A model generated the notes under the pieces. It ran no database searches, was not told the DNA's origin, and worked only from the letters and a program-made list of their open reading frames with translations. Positions 1 through 11,080 of a stretch of 58,154 nucleotides of DNA are shown piece by piece (positions within the stretch are counted from its first letter, which is position 1; each line of letters starts with the position of its first letter). The translations under genes were made by a program, and so were the position numbers. The stretch covers positions 1 through 58,154 of the IMG/VR virus record IMGVR_UViG_3300001838_000086; one strand, 5' to 3'. This DNA is from a virus (lineage: Duplodnaviria; Caudoviricetes).

Positions 1-279
1 TGAACTGGTTGTATGTCCAAGGAATGTTAGGTTTGTTGTATTATATGATGATATAGTGAATGAATCATCATTAAATGATTCTGACGATGTGGTTGATTTT
101 AAGAATGAATCAGTTCTATTTTGTTTTGTGACTTTGGATAAAATTGAATTAGTGGTGTGTGTTTTAGAATACCAAGGTTTACCTGTTAGATATGAATCAC
201 TTGTATGAATTACGTTTGTAAAAGCTGTAGTAAATGATTTTACTGTGAAAGAACTAGAATTAAACGAATTATCTACCAA
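1..279 (-). CDS. N-terminal part of Ser/Thr/His-rich repeat virion protein (runs off left edge)
   Basis: Not in ORF track. TTG at 279 opens 93 codons to position 1 (MVDNSFNSSSFTVKSF...HTTNSILSKVTK...HTTSS), with the same repeat motifs as the 54474-58154 protein. Confidence 0.75.
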   Translation of the reverse strand, partial: MVDNSFNSSSFTVKSFTTAFTNVIHTSDSYLTGKPWYSKTHTTNSILSKVTKQNRTDSFLKSTTSSESFNDDSFTISSYNTTNLTFLGHTTSS

Positions 280-464
280 TCAATCAACACCCCATGTGTT
301 TTAAAGAATTGATTTGCTACGTTATTTTGAATATTTCTAGAGTTTACTAATTCAGTAATGATTATTGGGTATTCTGAATATGTGATATGATTTGGCTTTT
401 CAGTTATATATGACTTGGACTTGAATGATTTAGAACTGAACGAAGCATTGTATTGCTTTTGCAT
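273..464 (-). CDS. small hypothetical protein sharing the SFxxxSF motif of the repeat protein
   Basis: 63 aa ORF packed between tail genes; SFSSKSFKSKSY motif. Confidence 0.55.
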   Translation of the reverse strand: MQKQYNASFSSKSFKSKSYITEKPNHITYSEYPIIITELVNSRNIQNNVANQFFKTHGVLIDW

Positions 465-474
465 GACTCATTTT

Positions 475-2934
475 CTAATAGTAATCAAATGTTGTGTCTA
501 CTGCTGTTTTCTTGAAAGAGTAGTGTAAGTGAGTCTTGTACATCTGAACTCCACCAGTAACATATGTCGCTTGGTATGTATCATCAAATGCCTGTGTGGA
601 AGAATCATTAATTGCAATTTGAGCACCGTTAGTAGTACCAATGATTTGTACCCAGTATACGGGGAATCTATCAGCTTCTAGAGGTGAAACAGTCTTATTT
701 TGTGGGAAGTATCTAGGAGTGTTAGCAGATTGAGCTGGTGATTGGTTGTTGATAACACTTGTAAAGTCAGATACGTTAATCGTTCTAACCGTATCAGCAT
801 CACTGAAGAATGGTGCTGGACTTCTTCCAATTCTAATCTTAAACTGAGTTTCAGTTGTTTTTGGCAAATACAAGTTAAGTAGGTGTGCGATTGGATCTCT
901 TGGAACAATTCCACCATATGTAGCGTTACCTGTTACTGGTGGGTTATAGGTTGATGATGTTGCATTAACTATTGATATATTTTCAACTACAAAGTCTACT
1001 GATGAATCATATCCTGTTGCAGTGTTATCATTTTTAATACCAAAGTAGTTCATCTGAGTGGTTTGTGTAGTTGTGGTGATAGAGAATGTGCTTTGATTTA
1101 TCAGTTGTGTATAGTATTGATCAGAGTAAACACCCCATGAAAATGATGCATCTGTATATCTCGTCATTCTACAATAATATGCTTGATTTAAGTTCATAGA
1201 ACCTACAGCAGTAGCTTGGTTACCAGTTTGACCAGATAATACTGCACCAGCACTGTTGCTATGTACATATAGACCAGTACTTGTATTGTTAGTAATAAGT
1301 GTGAACCCAGTAAATCTTTGAGATGTTGTTGCTGGAGTGTTCCAATCAGAATCAAAGACACCGATAAATGCAACTGCATAGTTAGATGATGTACCTTGTC
1401 TGTTTGAACATGTAATCTTAAATCTGGTTTCCCATTGTGTAGCGTTTAGGTTTGTAGCACCAGAAATAGATGGATTAATCCAATCAGATATTTTGGTTAC
1501 ACACGTGTCTGAAGTACCGCTTCTTCTAAGTTTACCAGATATGCTATCTGTTGTAATGTTTACTGCAAATATAGGTGTAACTTGTGATGGTATCCAGAAA
1601 TAATCAGCCTCTTCCTGTGATTGATATTTCTTAAAGTCTTCTACCACAAATGGTTGATAGTTTCCTACAATGATTTGTGGTGGTTCTGCATATTCAGCTC
1701 TTGTCTCAGATAAAAAGTATGAAGTACCGTTAACAGTTCCGTCTACTGCTCTAGATGGTGGTGCTGATGTTGGTGAGTTTGTTTGAGCCCAGATTCTAAA
1801 GTCATCTAATTCATATGATCTTGTACCAGTTGCAGTAGCAGATAATGTATTGCATACTTTTAAATATTGAGCTGATACGTTAGCAGCTCCATCATCTCTG
1901 ACAAACTGCTGTGTTTGATAACCAACTAGTTTTGAGTATTGTTGATCTTTACCATAGTTGTAAATGTATATGTTTGAAGAAGATCTATAAATTTCAAAGT
2001 AATACCATTCGTTCAAAACCATGTTCCAGTTGGTATTATTTACTTGACCACCCTGACCAACCGTTCCTATAGTTGAAGATGATGCTCTTGCAGTGTGCAT
2101 TGTAAATTGTTGTTTACCTGCGACTGTACCAACATCTTGTTTAATTTGCATACCCCAGAAGTTCTGTGTAGTGTTTTGGTTAGTTGCTGTATCTGAAACA
2201 CCAATGAATATTGCACCACCATCACCAGTTGGGCTGTTGGAAGTCATTCTGACTCTGAATCTTACACGCCAAGTTGTAGAGTTGAAAAAGTTTGCAGTTA
2301 AGTTTCTTACAAATCCACGACTTGTTGTACCGTCTGCTATACAAGTTAGTTTCAGAACACCGTTTGCAACACCATCACCAGCCAATGTTGAAGCACCTGT
2401 AACTGCTGTCCACTGATTAGTAGAGAAATCATCAGTTGCATCATAGGCTGTCATATATCCTAAGTGTGGTGAATAACCAGCATTCCATCTAGTATAAGAG
2501 GCTATTGGGTTTGTATCGTTAGCACTGTTTCTGTTTCTATAGAAAATATCATTGGTTGGTACTGTTGTAGTATAGGAATATCTTGGTACATCATAATATT
2601 GAATAGCACTTGATACGAATTTTGTACCGTTTGCTCTAAGATAGAGAGAATCTGTAACAGTTCCATCGTTCATTACGAATTGGTCGTTGTTTGCTACTGT
2701 TGAAGGAATACTTACTGTAACAGCACCAGAAGAAGCATTGTTAATTGTTGCAACGTTAGTGTTACCAGAGTTTGCAACTGTTAATTTACCCTGTCTAAAT
2801 TTAACTACACTGTTAAAATCAACTGTATCTACATTACTATATCCACTGAATAATTGAGAAATCTTATCAACATCGTCTCCACCAAAGTGGTCTGCATCTC
2901 CAGCATCTGCGTTAACTACTTGCTTCCAGACCAT
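475..2934 (-). CDS. tail fibre / receptor-binding protein with lectin-like beta-sandwich domains
   Basis: 819 aa, T/S/N/G-rich; two internally similar segments (WRVRFRV..IFIGVSD / WETRFKI..AFIGVFD); lies at distal end of tail module. Confidence 0.6.
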   Translation of the reverse strand: MVWKQVVNADAGDADHFGGDDVDKISQLFSGYSNVDTVDFNSVVKFRQGKLTVANSGNTNVATINNASSGAVTVSIPSTVANNDQFVMNDGTVTDSLYLRANGTKFVSSAIQYYDVPRYSYTTTVPTNDIFYRNRNSANDTNPIASYTRWNAGYSPHLGYMTAYDATDDFSTNQWTAVTGASTLAGDGVANGVLKLTCIADGTTSRGFVRNLTANFFNSTTWRVRFRVRMTSNSPTGDGGAIFIGVSDTATNQNTTQNFWGMQIKQDVGTVAGKQQFTMHTARASSSTIGTVGQGGQVNNTNWNMVLNEWYYFEIYRSSSNIYIYNYGKDQQYSKLVGYQTQQFVRDDGAANVSAQYLKVCNTLSATATGTRSYELDDFRIWAQTNSPTSAPPSRAVDGTVNGTSYFLSETRAEYAEPPQIIVGNYQPFVVEDFKKYQSQEEADYFWIPSQVTPIFAVNITTDSISGKLRRSGTSDTCVTKISDWINPSISGATNLNATQWETRFKITCSNRQGTSSNYAVAFIGVFDSDWNTPATTSQRFTGFTLITNNTSTGLYVHSNSAGAVLSGQTGNQATAVGSMNLNQAYYCRMTRYTDASFSWGVYSDQYYTQLINQSTFSITTTTQTTQMNYFGIKNDNTATGYDSSVDFVVENISIVNATSSTYNPPVTGNATYGGIVPRDPIAHLLNLYLPKTTETQFKIRIGRSPAPFFSDADTVRTINVSDFTSVINNQSPAQSANTPRYFPQNKTVSPLEADRFPVYWVQIIGTTNGAQIAINDSSTQAFDDTYQATYVTGGVQMYKTHLHYSFKKTAVDTTFDYY

Positions 2935-2938
2935 CTAA

Positions 2939-3292
2939 CTACACCTCATACTCCCTGAGCTTCGGGGCATACATCCAAGAATCATTTTCATTCCACTTTC
3001 CACCTTGAACTACTGTACCATCTTGGCTTATATAGTTTATGCTCTGAAATCCATCTCTGTGCCATCCAAGCAGATAAACCACGAAATCTTCGTAACCCAT
3101 AGTTTTCTGAACACGTTTGCGGTATATTAATTTGTCGCCATCTTCTAATTTCATAAGTAGAAATGGTTGATCATCCTTCAAAACTTCCATAAATTCAATA
3201 TTTTTTCTATCTAAATGATCATAAGAGAGTGTTTCACTCAATGTAACCTTGCTTCCGTTCTTATAAATTGCAGAAAAAGTAAAGTTTGGCAT
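2939..3292 (-). CDS. hypothetical protein (tail module)
   Basis: 117 aa ORF in operon context. Confidence 0.6.
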   Translation of the reverse strand: MPNFTFSAIYKNGSKVTLSETLSYDHLDRKNIEFMEVLKDDQPFLLMKLEDGDKLIYRKRVQKTMGYEDFVVYLLGWHRDGFQSINYISQDGTVVQGGKWNENDSWMYAPKLREYEV

Positions 3293-3311
3293 TGTATTGC
3301 ACCAATTTTAT

Positions 3312-3854
3312 TTAAGTTTCGTCATATTTCCATGTAAAAGTCTCTTGACCTGTAGTACCAGCACTTGCTGTATCTGCAACTTCTACTTGGTAAACAACAA
3401 AGTTTCCAAAGTCACCAGTGCTAGGGTTCGATACTGAACCTGTTACTGCTAGTGGTGAAGCAGATGTGTAAGTAAATGCATCTGCTGGTGAACCTGTTAG
3501 ACCACCATGGTTTCCTGTTGTCAGTTGTGTACCGTTACCAACAGTTCCAGTTGCTTGTACATATGAGGTTGCTTGACCGACTTTACATGTGACGCCTGTA
3601 CCAAAGCTATTTGTGCCATCAGTATACCATCTCAAGTTATCAATAGTTCCAGAAGGAGTTGCATCACAACTCAATCGGGTTGATACCCAATAAGAATAGT
3701 GTGTTTCTCCTGTGACTATAGTAACTGGATTTGCTGTATCTGATGTTGAATGTGCATCAGTAGCATTGGCTCTGGTATTTATACCAGTAATGTCGCTTTT
3801 CGTAGGACTTCCAGAAGATCCTGTCCATCTACGAATTGTAACTGTAGCTACCAT
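3312..3854 (-). CDS. virion structural protein (minor tail/fibre)
   Basis: 180 aa T/G/S-rich beta protein; TATA-like TTTAAATA about 22 nt upstream of ATG. Confidence 0.6.
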   Translation of the reverse strand: MVATVTIRRWTGSSGSPTKSDITGINTRANATDAHSTSDTANPVTIVTGETHYSYWVSTRLSCDATPSGTIDNLRWYTDGTNSFGTGVTCKVGQATSYVQATGTVGNGTQLTTGNHGGLTGSPADAFTYTSASPLAVTGSVSNPSTGDFGNFVVYQVEVADTASAGTTGQETFTWKYDET

Positions 3855-3885
3855 ATATAATTTGAAGTTTCCGTATATTTAAAGA

Positions 3886-6800
3886 TTATGTGCTCTGAAT
3901 ACCTCTTACAGTTTCAGTTGTAATCTTTTCCAAGTCAAATGAATCATATACAAAATCACCTAATTCCATAGTAGTGAGACTTTCTGGGTATTGATATTCT
4001 ATACGTTTTATCATTAGTTCTTCTGGTACTGGAAATCCACCACTTTCAGATCCTATATTTTTGGAGTAATAGTAAGCCTTTATTTTATTATTCTCTATAA
4101 GCTCATTAACTAAACCTCTAGTTTTTATAGTAATTCTTCTTGGTATTGTAGAGTAAGCGTTTCTCAAAATGAATTTTTTATTAAATCTAGTGAGATCAGC
4201 ACCTATTTCTAGGTAAGGTATAGATATAGCTCTAGCCTGTAATCCATGTGTAACTATTGATAATGTATCTGTCTCTGTTTGTTTTATGCTATCAGCGGGA
4301 ATTGTTCCACTATAAGAATCAGGAGTCAATCTTATATAATTATATTTCACAGTCCAATAACCTGAGAATGCTCTCTTAAGTCTGAACACGTATTTAGGTG
4401 GGTTTCCATTGGGATTAACTGTTACCACATCGTAATCTGGAACAGGTGGATCAGTTGTTGTAATTATTGTCGGTAAACTAATTGGTGATGTTTTGTCTGG
4501 TTTTTTATCTAATGATACAAATCCAGATTGTTTTTGCTGTAGTGTGAACGTTGTTAAAACCCCACTTGCCGCGGTTGTATATTTATTAATATTACCAGTA
4601 TATCCAGCCATGACAAAAATACTAGTACCATTATCATATGAAACATCTATAGGTCTTTTCTCTGTTTCTACATCAAAATTAGTGCTAACAGTTTCCTGTA
4701 ATGTGATTGTACTTGAATCATTAGCTGCTGTATTAGTATATCTTCTAATATTAGGTGTAAGACCACCAGTACTATTAGTATATAAATTATTATTACCTAT
4801 AACATAAAATGCTGTAGCACCAGAGTTAAGTTTAAAACCACATAACCCAGATGGTAAAGTGGAAAGAGACGATTGAGCACTATCATAATTTAAAGTATAC
4901 TGCATACTCCAAGCTGGAGATGCAGTGAATCTGAATAGTTTAGTATTTGCATCGTTAACAACACTGCATAAAACAAACCATTTACTTCCATCATCAGTAT
5001 CAAAACTCTGTGGTACGAAATCACTATATCCTGTAGGACTTAAGCTAGCTTCCCAATTTCCTATACCCCCTGCATTAAGACCAGTACTAACATCCCACGC
5101 AGTTGCAAGTTGGAATTCAAGTATTGCTTTTCTAGCCTGATCCAAAACGAATAATTTTCCACCCGTATTAGTTATAGTGGTAACTGAACCAGCTACAGGA
5201 GTTGTACCACCTACGACATTTATTGTAAATGTTGTAGATGTTTTTGCTGTAACTTTTGCACTTATAGGTTTACCACCATAAAGAGATCCAGTTCCATTGA
5301 TAGCACTTATAACATCACCTACGGTTAAATTAGTGGTTGATGCAACTGTTACAGTAGTAGCCCAAGGATTAGCTGAAGTTCCAGAACCAGTAACAACTCC
5401 AACAGTTCCAGTAGCACTACTATAAGTCGCTGTAGGTGATCCAAATCCAGCTCCACCCATTTTAATACTTACTGGTCTAGTTACTGATGAGTTAAAAGCT
5501 AGTAAATCCATACTACCTATAAGTGTTACATTCGTTAAATCATATGCAGCCCCTAATTGATAACCAGTTACAGTGTATCTTTCACTATCTAATATGAAAA
5601 TTCTAGACCCCATAGGGTTTCCACCAAAACAGAAAGCTGGTCTAGCATATACATCTGGTAAAGACACTTCTAATTCAGTAGGAACAACATATGTATTCAC
5701 ACCAACAGTGTTTCCACCATAATAATCTAAAACTGCTGATGGTATAGCATTATCATCATAACTATAACTATCGTTAGGATTGACATAATCGGGATCTGTG
5801 GTTGTCGCTGATTTCGTTGCTTTTAATTCTTGGCTAGTGGGATAGGTAGTTCTAGCATACCAGAATGTATCACTCGATGGTATAGTTGCTTTAAATTCAG
5901 TAGGATTACCAATAGATGTTATATAGTTTACAAGCATTGTTTTATCATCACCACCAGTGTTAAGATTAAATCCACTATCAGTTGATATAATCCTTCTCAA
6001 TGTTGGAACTTTAGAATTTTTAACAAATGTTATTATTCCTGTAGGCATGAATGTGAATGTAACATCATCTAATACTGATATAACATTGAATAAATCTAAT
6101 AGTGTACCGTTTGCTATAAATCTACCTTTTAACCTATAAAAGTTCTCAGCGTTTGCAGATAAAGACGGAACAGTCCTATCATCTAAATCATATTGTTGTA
6201 AAATTCCACTACTCGTAGTTCCAGTAAGTATCATAAAACGTTTTATCTGAGTACCAAAATTTAATGTATTAACTTTATCTAATAAATCCGTTAAAATTAT
6301 ATTGGTTCTTTGAGCAGCTTTATAGATATTCTTATTTCTCTTAGTATTAACTTCTGTTAATATTGCATCATTAACTTTTGTATTTAGTATTATCTCTGCT
6401 AAACTATTACAATATACAGTATCAGTTGTATTACCAGAATCAATCTTCCACACCCTACCATAGAATTTCAATGTTGTTATGGGTAAAGCTACCCTATAAT
6501 GTTCAGATAATTCATCACTGTCAAATGCTCTATTATAAACTCTCATTTGATATAGATATTCCTTTATGGTACTGGTATCACCTATAGTTACATTACCACT
6601 ATAAGTCAAATCTGCTGTTATACCAGATTGAGTTATAACAGATACATTATCAAGATATAATGTCAATGTCCCACTCTGTCTAACTAATGCCAAAGTTAGT
6701 AGTCTATCCTGTAATTGTGCTGTAGTATATTCACCAGATAGATACGTTGTTGTCACACCAGATACATATACATTTACTCCTAGCTTCCAATTATTATTTG

Positions 6801-7395
6801 TTAAATGTCTGATGAATAGTTTTATACCATGCTCAGAAAATGGAAAGTTATTATATCTATACCATAAATTTCTATCAAATTGTGTATTAGTAGTTCCCCA
6901 ATTATTCATATCTGTTAATGCAATACTCTGTGTGATTGTAAAGTCAGATGCAAAACTCATTACTGGTTGACCAATATCATTATTTATATTATTGAAAACA
7001 ATTCGAACACTGTTTAGATAACAACATAGTCTATTGCTTATTCTACCTTCTAAATTATTGGTTTTAAAAGTAACGTTTGATGAAAAAGTACTTAGATAAT
7101 CATTTGTAGCGTTATGATCAAATCCAGATTCATCTCTACAACTAGATGTAAAATTCCATAAACCCACAAGTTCAGTAGTATCTAGATCATCTTGTAAGTA
7201 TCCTACATAGTCACCATTTTTTATACTAACACCTGACGATGTAAATTTTATTACTGCGTTATCTGACATTCTAGAACCCTCTCTACGTATTATAGCAGTT
7301 AATGGTTTAGCAAATCTCCTTGCTTCTAGTATAGGTGTGGCATCAGATGAACTAGCTGGATGGTATCTTTTGATAAAACATGTTATATTAGGCAT
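3886..7395 (-). CDS. tail tip/baseplate hub protein with LamG-like and beta-propeller-like insertions
   Basis: 1169 aa; LamG-like signature (LVGLWNF...LALVRQSGTLTLYLDN...MRVYNRAF); propeller-like GSRIFILD/GGKLFVLD/GSKWFVL; hub-like C-terminus; two genes after tape measure. Confidence 0.65.
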   Translation of the reverse strand: MPNITCFIKRYHPASSSDATPILEARRFAKPLTAIIRREGSRMSDNAVIKFTSSGVSIKNGDYVGYLQDDLDTTELVGLWNFTSSCRDESGFDHNATNDYLSTFSSNVTFKTNNLEGRISNRLCCYLNSVRIVFNNINNDIGQPVMSFASDFTITQSIALTDMNNWGTTNTQFDRNLWYRYNNFPFSEHGIKLFIRHLTNNNWKLGVNVYVSGVTTTYLSGEYTTAQLQDRLLTLALVRQSGTLTLYLDNVSVITQSGITADLTYSGNVTIGDTSTIKEYLYQMRVYNRAFDSDELSEHYRVALPITTLKFYGRVWKIDSGNTTDTVYCNSLAEIILNTKVNDAILTEVNTKRNKNIYKAAQRTNIILTDLLDKVNTLNFGTQIKRFMILTGTTSSGILQQYDLDDRTVPSLSANAENFYRLKGRFIANGTLLDLFNVISVLDDVTFTFMPTGIITFVKNSKVPTLRRIISTDSGFNLNTGGDDKTMLVNYITSIGNPTEFKATIPSSDTFWYARTTYPTSQELKATKSATTTDPDYVNPNDSYSYDDNAIPSAVLDYYGGNTVGVNTYVVPTELEVSLPDVYARPAFCFGGNPMGSRIFILDSERYTVTGYQLGAAYDLTNVTLIGSMDLLAFNSSVTRPVSIKMGGAGFGSPTATYSSATGTVGVVTGSGTSANPWATTVTVASTTNLTVGDVISAINGTGSLYGGKPISAKVTAKTSTTFTINVVGGTTPVAGSVTTITNTGGKLFVLDQARKAILEFQLATAWDVSTGLNAGGIGNWEASLSPTGYSDFVPQSFDTDDGSKWFVLCSVVNDANTKLFRFTASPAWSMQYTLNYDSAQSSLSTLPSGLCGFKLNSGATAFYVIGNNNLYTNSTGGLTPNIRRYTNTAANDSSTITLQETVSTNFDVETEKRPIDVSYDNGTSIFVMAGYTGNINKYTTAASGVLTTFTLQQKQSGFVSLDKKPDKTSPISLPTIITTTDPPVPDYDVVTVNPNGNPPKYVFRLKRAFSGYWTVKYNYIRLTPDSYSGTIPADSIKQTETDTLSIVTHGLQARAISIPYLEIGADLTRFNKKFILRNAYSTIPRRITIKTRGLVNELIENNKIKAYYYSKNIGSESGGFPVPEELMIKRIEYQYPESLTTMELGDFVYDSFDLEKITTETVRGIQST

Positions 7396-7396
7396 A

Positions 7397-8263
7397 TTAA
7401 GTCACTGATACAGCTGTTGAAAATTCTTCAGACCATTTACCTACGGCACTTTTATCATCGTATAATCTTATCCTCATACGAGTGTAAGAACCAGCAGTTA
7501 AACCTGTAAACACGGTATTATATGTATATACTCCTATTGGTCTAGCAAAAGAAACTTTTTTCCGAACCCAGTCATATTCATCTCTTACACCATCAAACTC
7601 CACTGCAGCTATTGTAGGTCTATCATTAGCAGAGTATAGACTAGACTCTGTTGAGTTTATAGTTATTTGACCAACTCCACCAGTCAGTGAGTTTATTTTT
7701 GATGCCTCTGGTGCGTGACCATATATAGTAACTACTTGTTTACCCTCTATGAAATCTAATGTCGTGGATATATTAACTGGATTACTTGCATCAATGGTAA
7801 AACTTACTGATTGCCACGTTCCTTGTGTTGTCAATAATTTTGCCGTACTATCTATTGTATCAATAGTAGCCCAAGTATAACTAGTAGATCCACCTACACT
7901 ATCATCTAGTATATAGATAAAGAAGTTTGTATCACTTATACCCTTTGGCTGTAAGATTTTAATTTGATTCATTTGTTCAAATGGAGTTTTACTTTTTATT
8001 TGAGTAGGTGATGGATCTATCGCCCATTTATTATTAACTCTTTTTATATTAGTACCAACCATATTTTCTTTTTCCTCTATTAGCATCCAACTTAAACCAA
8101 GATTCATACTATTACCTTCTAATTTTACAAGCATATTTTCTGTTGAATCTTCTTCTGGTAATGGCATTGGGCTGACTGGTGAATTATATCTAAAGCTTAC
8201 ATTACTAAAATTACCAACCTTAATAAAGGTTGTATTACTTCTTAATATTATTGTGTATGTCAT
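7397..8263 (-). CDS. putative distal tail protein
   Basis: Immediately follows tape measure gene; FN3/Ig-like C-terminus; call is positional. Confidence 0.5.
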   Translation of the reverse strand: MTYTIILRSNTTFIKVGNFSNVSFRYNSPVSPMPLPEEDSTENMLVKLEGNSMNLGLSWMLIEEKENMVGTNIKRVNNKWAIDPSPTQIKSKTPFEQMNQIKILQPKGISDTNFFIYILDDSVGGSTSYTWATIDTIDSTAKLLTTQGTWQSVSFTIDASNPVNISTTLDFIEGKQVVTIYGHAPEASKINSLTGGVGQITINSTESSLYSANDRPTIAAVEFDGVRDEYDWVRKKVSFARPIGVYTYNTVFTGLTAGSYTRMRIRLYDDKSAVGKWSEEFSTAVSVT

Positions 8264-10848
8264 ACTCTACCTCTCTTTGTATTAACTTCTTGCATTACGG
8301 ATAATATAACACTTCTTAGTCTATTAATGTCATTAACATCTCCACTCATATTACTTATATTTATATTCACGGTTATAGGTGCACCACTCATAGAGCCACT
8401 ACCTACAGGTGTGATAGATTCAGCACCTCTCTCACCAAATGAATACTTTTTACCACTTCTTCCTATACCTAGAATAGGCTCAGTAATCATACCACCAGCC
8501 CAATGTGGCTCAACATTATCAGCTGATGTTATTGACCCATCACCTATACCACGTATCATATCCACAGCACCTTGGACTTGTTTTAATGTTGATTCTTTAC
8601 CCCATCCTAAGAAGTCAAGTATTGTTTCTGTAGTACCTATATCTCCACCAGCCTCTTTTACTTTATCTAATAATAGACCTCGCAACTGTTGATATTGTTC
8701 TGGTGCTAATGCCTGAGTAGCACTACCAGCGGCATCTAATCCAGCCAACGCCCATCCTATAATAGGTATTGATTTAACTGCTGTCTTTGCAGCTGTTTTA
8801 CCTACTATCTTAGCTGCGTTCTTTTCAAAGAAGCCTAAAACTTTACTCTCCATACTAGCCCATTTATTCTGGAATTTTGCTATCTGTTTTAATACTGGTA
8901 GTTTCCAAATACCCTCCGTAAACTTGACAGCACCTTCCCAAAACTTACCTAATGACAACGCATTATCTACAGCTTTTTCAACTTTTACTGCATCTTTAAC
9001 ACCAGTTACAGTTTTTTCAGCTTCACTTATTTTACCAGTTAATTTACCTATACCATCAGATATTGCATTAGTGAAAGACTTCCATGCAGATATAAAGCTA
9101 TCTGCAATCTCTCCTAATTTCAAACCTTTAAATGCATCACTCATACTATCGACAATCTTACCAAATTTAGTTGTGATCTCTGCAAACTTTGTATTGATAG
9201 TTTCTAATACCTTAGAGAATTTTTCACTTGCAATATTTGTCACTGTTTTAATATCAAACGCATCAAACCATTTCTTAAAGTCTCCTATTACACCACCAAA
9301 CGTACCTTTGATTTTTACAAAGTTAACTCTGATCTCTTTTAAAACTGTATTAAATTTATTTGTAATGAGAGTACCTACATCTTTTAATTTGAATGCATCA
9401 AGCGTTTCTCCAAATCCGTCTTTTAGGTCTTTAAATACAGTGCCAACTTTTGAAAATCCAGTTGTTACCGATTCTAGGAAACCACTCCATTTGGCACTAA
9501 GAAGCTTTTTTATCTCTTCTAATTTAGTTCCATCAGTAATATCTCCTACTAGTTTCTTAAGATCATCTAATATACCAGTACCTTTTGCACCTTCACCAGC
9601 TTTACCAGCCGCACCTGCTATATCTGCTGGTGCACCTCCCATCTTCATTCCCTTGAGAACATCTTCACTTTTACCAAAGCCTGAAATCATTCCACCTATC
9701 ATCTTTTTACCAATTTTTAATCCTACGAATGCAGCTACTAATGCTAATACACCCATAGCTATTATTGCCAACCATCCATTATCTCCAACTAACCATACTA
9801 ATGCTTCTCCTATCTTAGTACCCCAATCTCTGAAGAATGGATACATTGTTCTATAGAACGGTATGATGAACATTCTCATTAACATAATTACTATAGGTCT
9901 TAATAGGAATCCAAAGAAATCACCAATAGGTCTTAATAACATGTTAATTCCATAATCTAATAACTGTGATATTTGTTGAAATACAGGTGAGGCACTTAGA
10001 GCTTTCTTAACTATCATTATTAAGATACCAGCACTACCAGCACCTATTAGTAATCCACCAGCATGTTTAGTTGCAAACTCACCCATTTTCTCAAGTGCAC
10101 TCTCTCCCTTTGCACCTAAAGCTTTAGCTGTTAATGATCTGTCCGTTTTTTCTGTTAGATCTTTTATCTGGGCTATAAGGCTTTGGATTTGTTGGGTTAA
10201 TGTATCTTTTTCCTGTTGAGTAGTAGCTTGGCTTAACTCAAATTGTTTAGTCTGTACTTCTCCACGCATACTTTTTATAAGTTGTCTATTTTTGAATAAA
10301 CCAGTAAGACCAGAGCCAACAGCACCCATCGCTGTACCTACTGCTAAACCTTTAGTTAGCGATCTTGTAAAAAAGTTTAATTTATCAGTAGAACCCCTTA
10401 ATGCGTTTCTCATCATAATGTGTTGTCTTACATGTGAATCGTGTAATTGTTCTAATACAATCTTACTTCTCATGTTGTCTGCTCTAGCCTTGGCTTTCTC
10501 TATACGTTCCTGAGTATTCCATAGTCTAGCTTGTTTTCTATCGTTTAATAACTGTGCGGTATTGAACCTTCTTGCATTATGTTCATCATCTTGTAATCTC
10601 TTTCTCTGTGTATGTAATATATTATCACGAATGAATTGTTGTGCTTCCTTTCGTTTTTGTTCTAGTATCTGTTTTTCCACCTTCATATAATCGGTGGTTA
10701 TTTTGATTAGTTTCAACCATTGAGATTTTGTTAATTTATCCAAAGTCCCATTCATTGTTTGGAATGCCTTCTCTAACTCTTTAGTAACTCTAACTAATTG
10801 ATCAATATCGGTCTCATTAGCTGGATTCTTACCAAAATTCTGGGACAT
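8260..10848 (-). CDS. tail tape measure protein
   Basis: 862 aa helical/coiled-coil protein with hydrophobic segments and periodic aromatic residues; follows tail tube and chaperone genes. Confidence 0.85.
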   Translation of the reverse strand: MSQNFGKNPANETDIDQLVRVTKELEKAFQTMNGTLDKLTKSQWLKLIKITTDYMKVEKQILEQKRKEAQQFIRDNILHTQRKRLQDDEHNARRFNTAQLLNDRKQARLWNTQERIEKAKARADNMRSKIVLEQLHDSHVRQHIMMRNALRGSTDKLNFFTRSLTKGLAVGTAMGAVGSGLTGLFKNRQLIKSMRGEVQTKQFELSQATTQQEKDTLTQQIQSLIAQIKDLTEKTDRSLTAKALGAKGESALEKMGEFATKHAGGLLIGAGSAGILIMIVKKALSASPVFQQISQLLDYGINMLLRPIGDFFGFLLRPIVIMLMRMFIIPFYRTMYPFFRDWGTKIGEALVWLVGDNGWLAIIAMGVLALVAAFVGLKIGKKMIGGMISGFGKSEDVLKGMKMGGAPADIAGAAGKAGEGAKGTGILDDLKKLVGDITDGTKLEEIKKLLSAKWSGFLESVTTGFSKVGTVFKDLKDGFGETLDAFKLKDVGTLITNKFNTVLKEIRVNFVKIKGTFGGVIGDFKKWFDAFDIKTVTNIASEKFSKVLETINTKFAEITTKFGKIVDSMSDAFKGLKLGEIADSFISAWKSFTNAISDGIGKLTGKISEAEKTVTGVKDAVKVEKAVDNALSLGKFWEGAVKFTEGIWKLPVLKQIAKFQNKWASMESKVLGFFEKNAAKIVGKTAAKTAVKSIPIIGWALAGLDAAGSATQALAPEQYQQLRGLLLDKVKEAGGDIGTTETILDFLGWGKESTLKQVQGAVDMIRGIGDGSITSADNVEPHWAGGMITEPILGIGRSGKKYSFGERGAESITPVGSGSMSGAPITVNINISNMSGDVNDINRLRSVILSVMQEVNTKRGRV

Positions 10849-10873
10849 AAACTTATATATTTCCTATTTCCTT

Positions 10874-11080
10874 TTAAGTTTTCTGTTTCATCTTCCGATC
10901 CATCTCTTTCTGATGGGCATTATGTTGTTCTATAAGAGAAAAGAGGTATGGTACTTGTTGCTTATCTACTTGTTCTTTGTCCCAGCCAAACTCGGCTGCG
11001 AAGAAGTAATAGAGCTCATCAGATCTCGATCTTCTCCCACTATTGTTGTTACCCATGCTTCCAAGAACTGACTTAAAGGG
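10874..11080 (-). CDS. frameshift extension of tail chaperone (gpT-like)
   Basis: -1 frame open from slippery C CCT TTA (11080-11074) to stop at 10874; FAAEFGW motif resembles gpT/E' segments. Confidence 0.7.
   Translation of the reverse strand, partial: PFKSVLGSMGNNNSGRRSRSDELYYFFAAEFGWDKEQVDKQQVPYLFSLIEQHNAHQKEMDRKMKQKT

Noticed and set aside
475-7395. diversity-generating retroelement acting on tail genes
   Set aside because: No reverse transcriptase and no template/variable repeat pair seen.
8924-9856. 310-aa plus-strand ORF and other antisense ORFs in the track
   Set aside because: Shadow frames of well-supported genes on the opposite strand, with no recognisable motifs.
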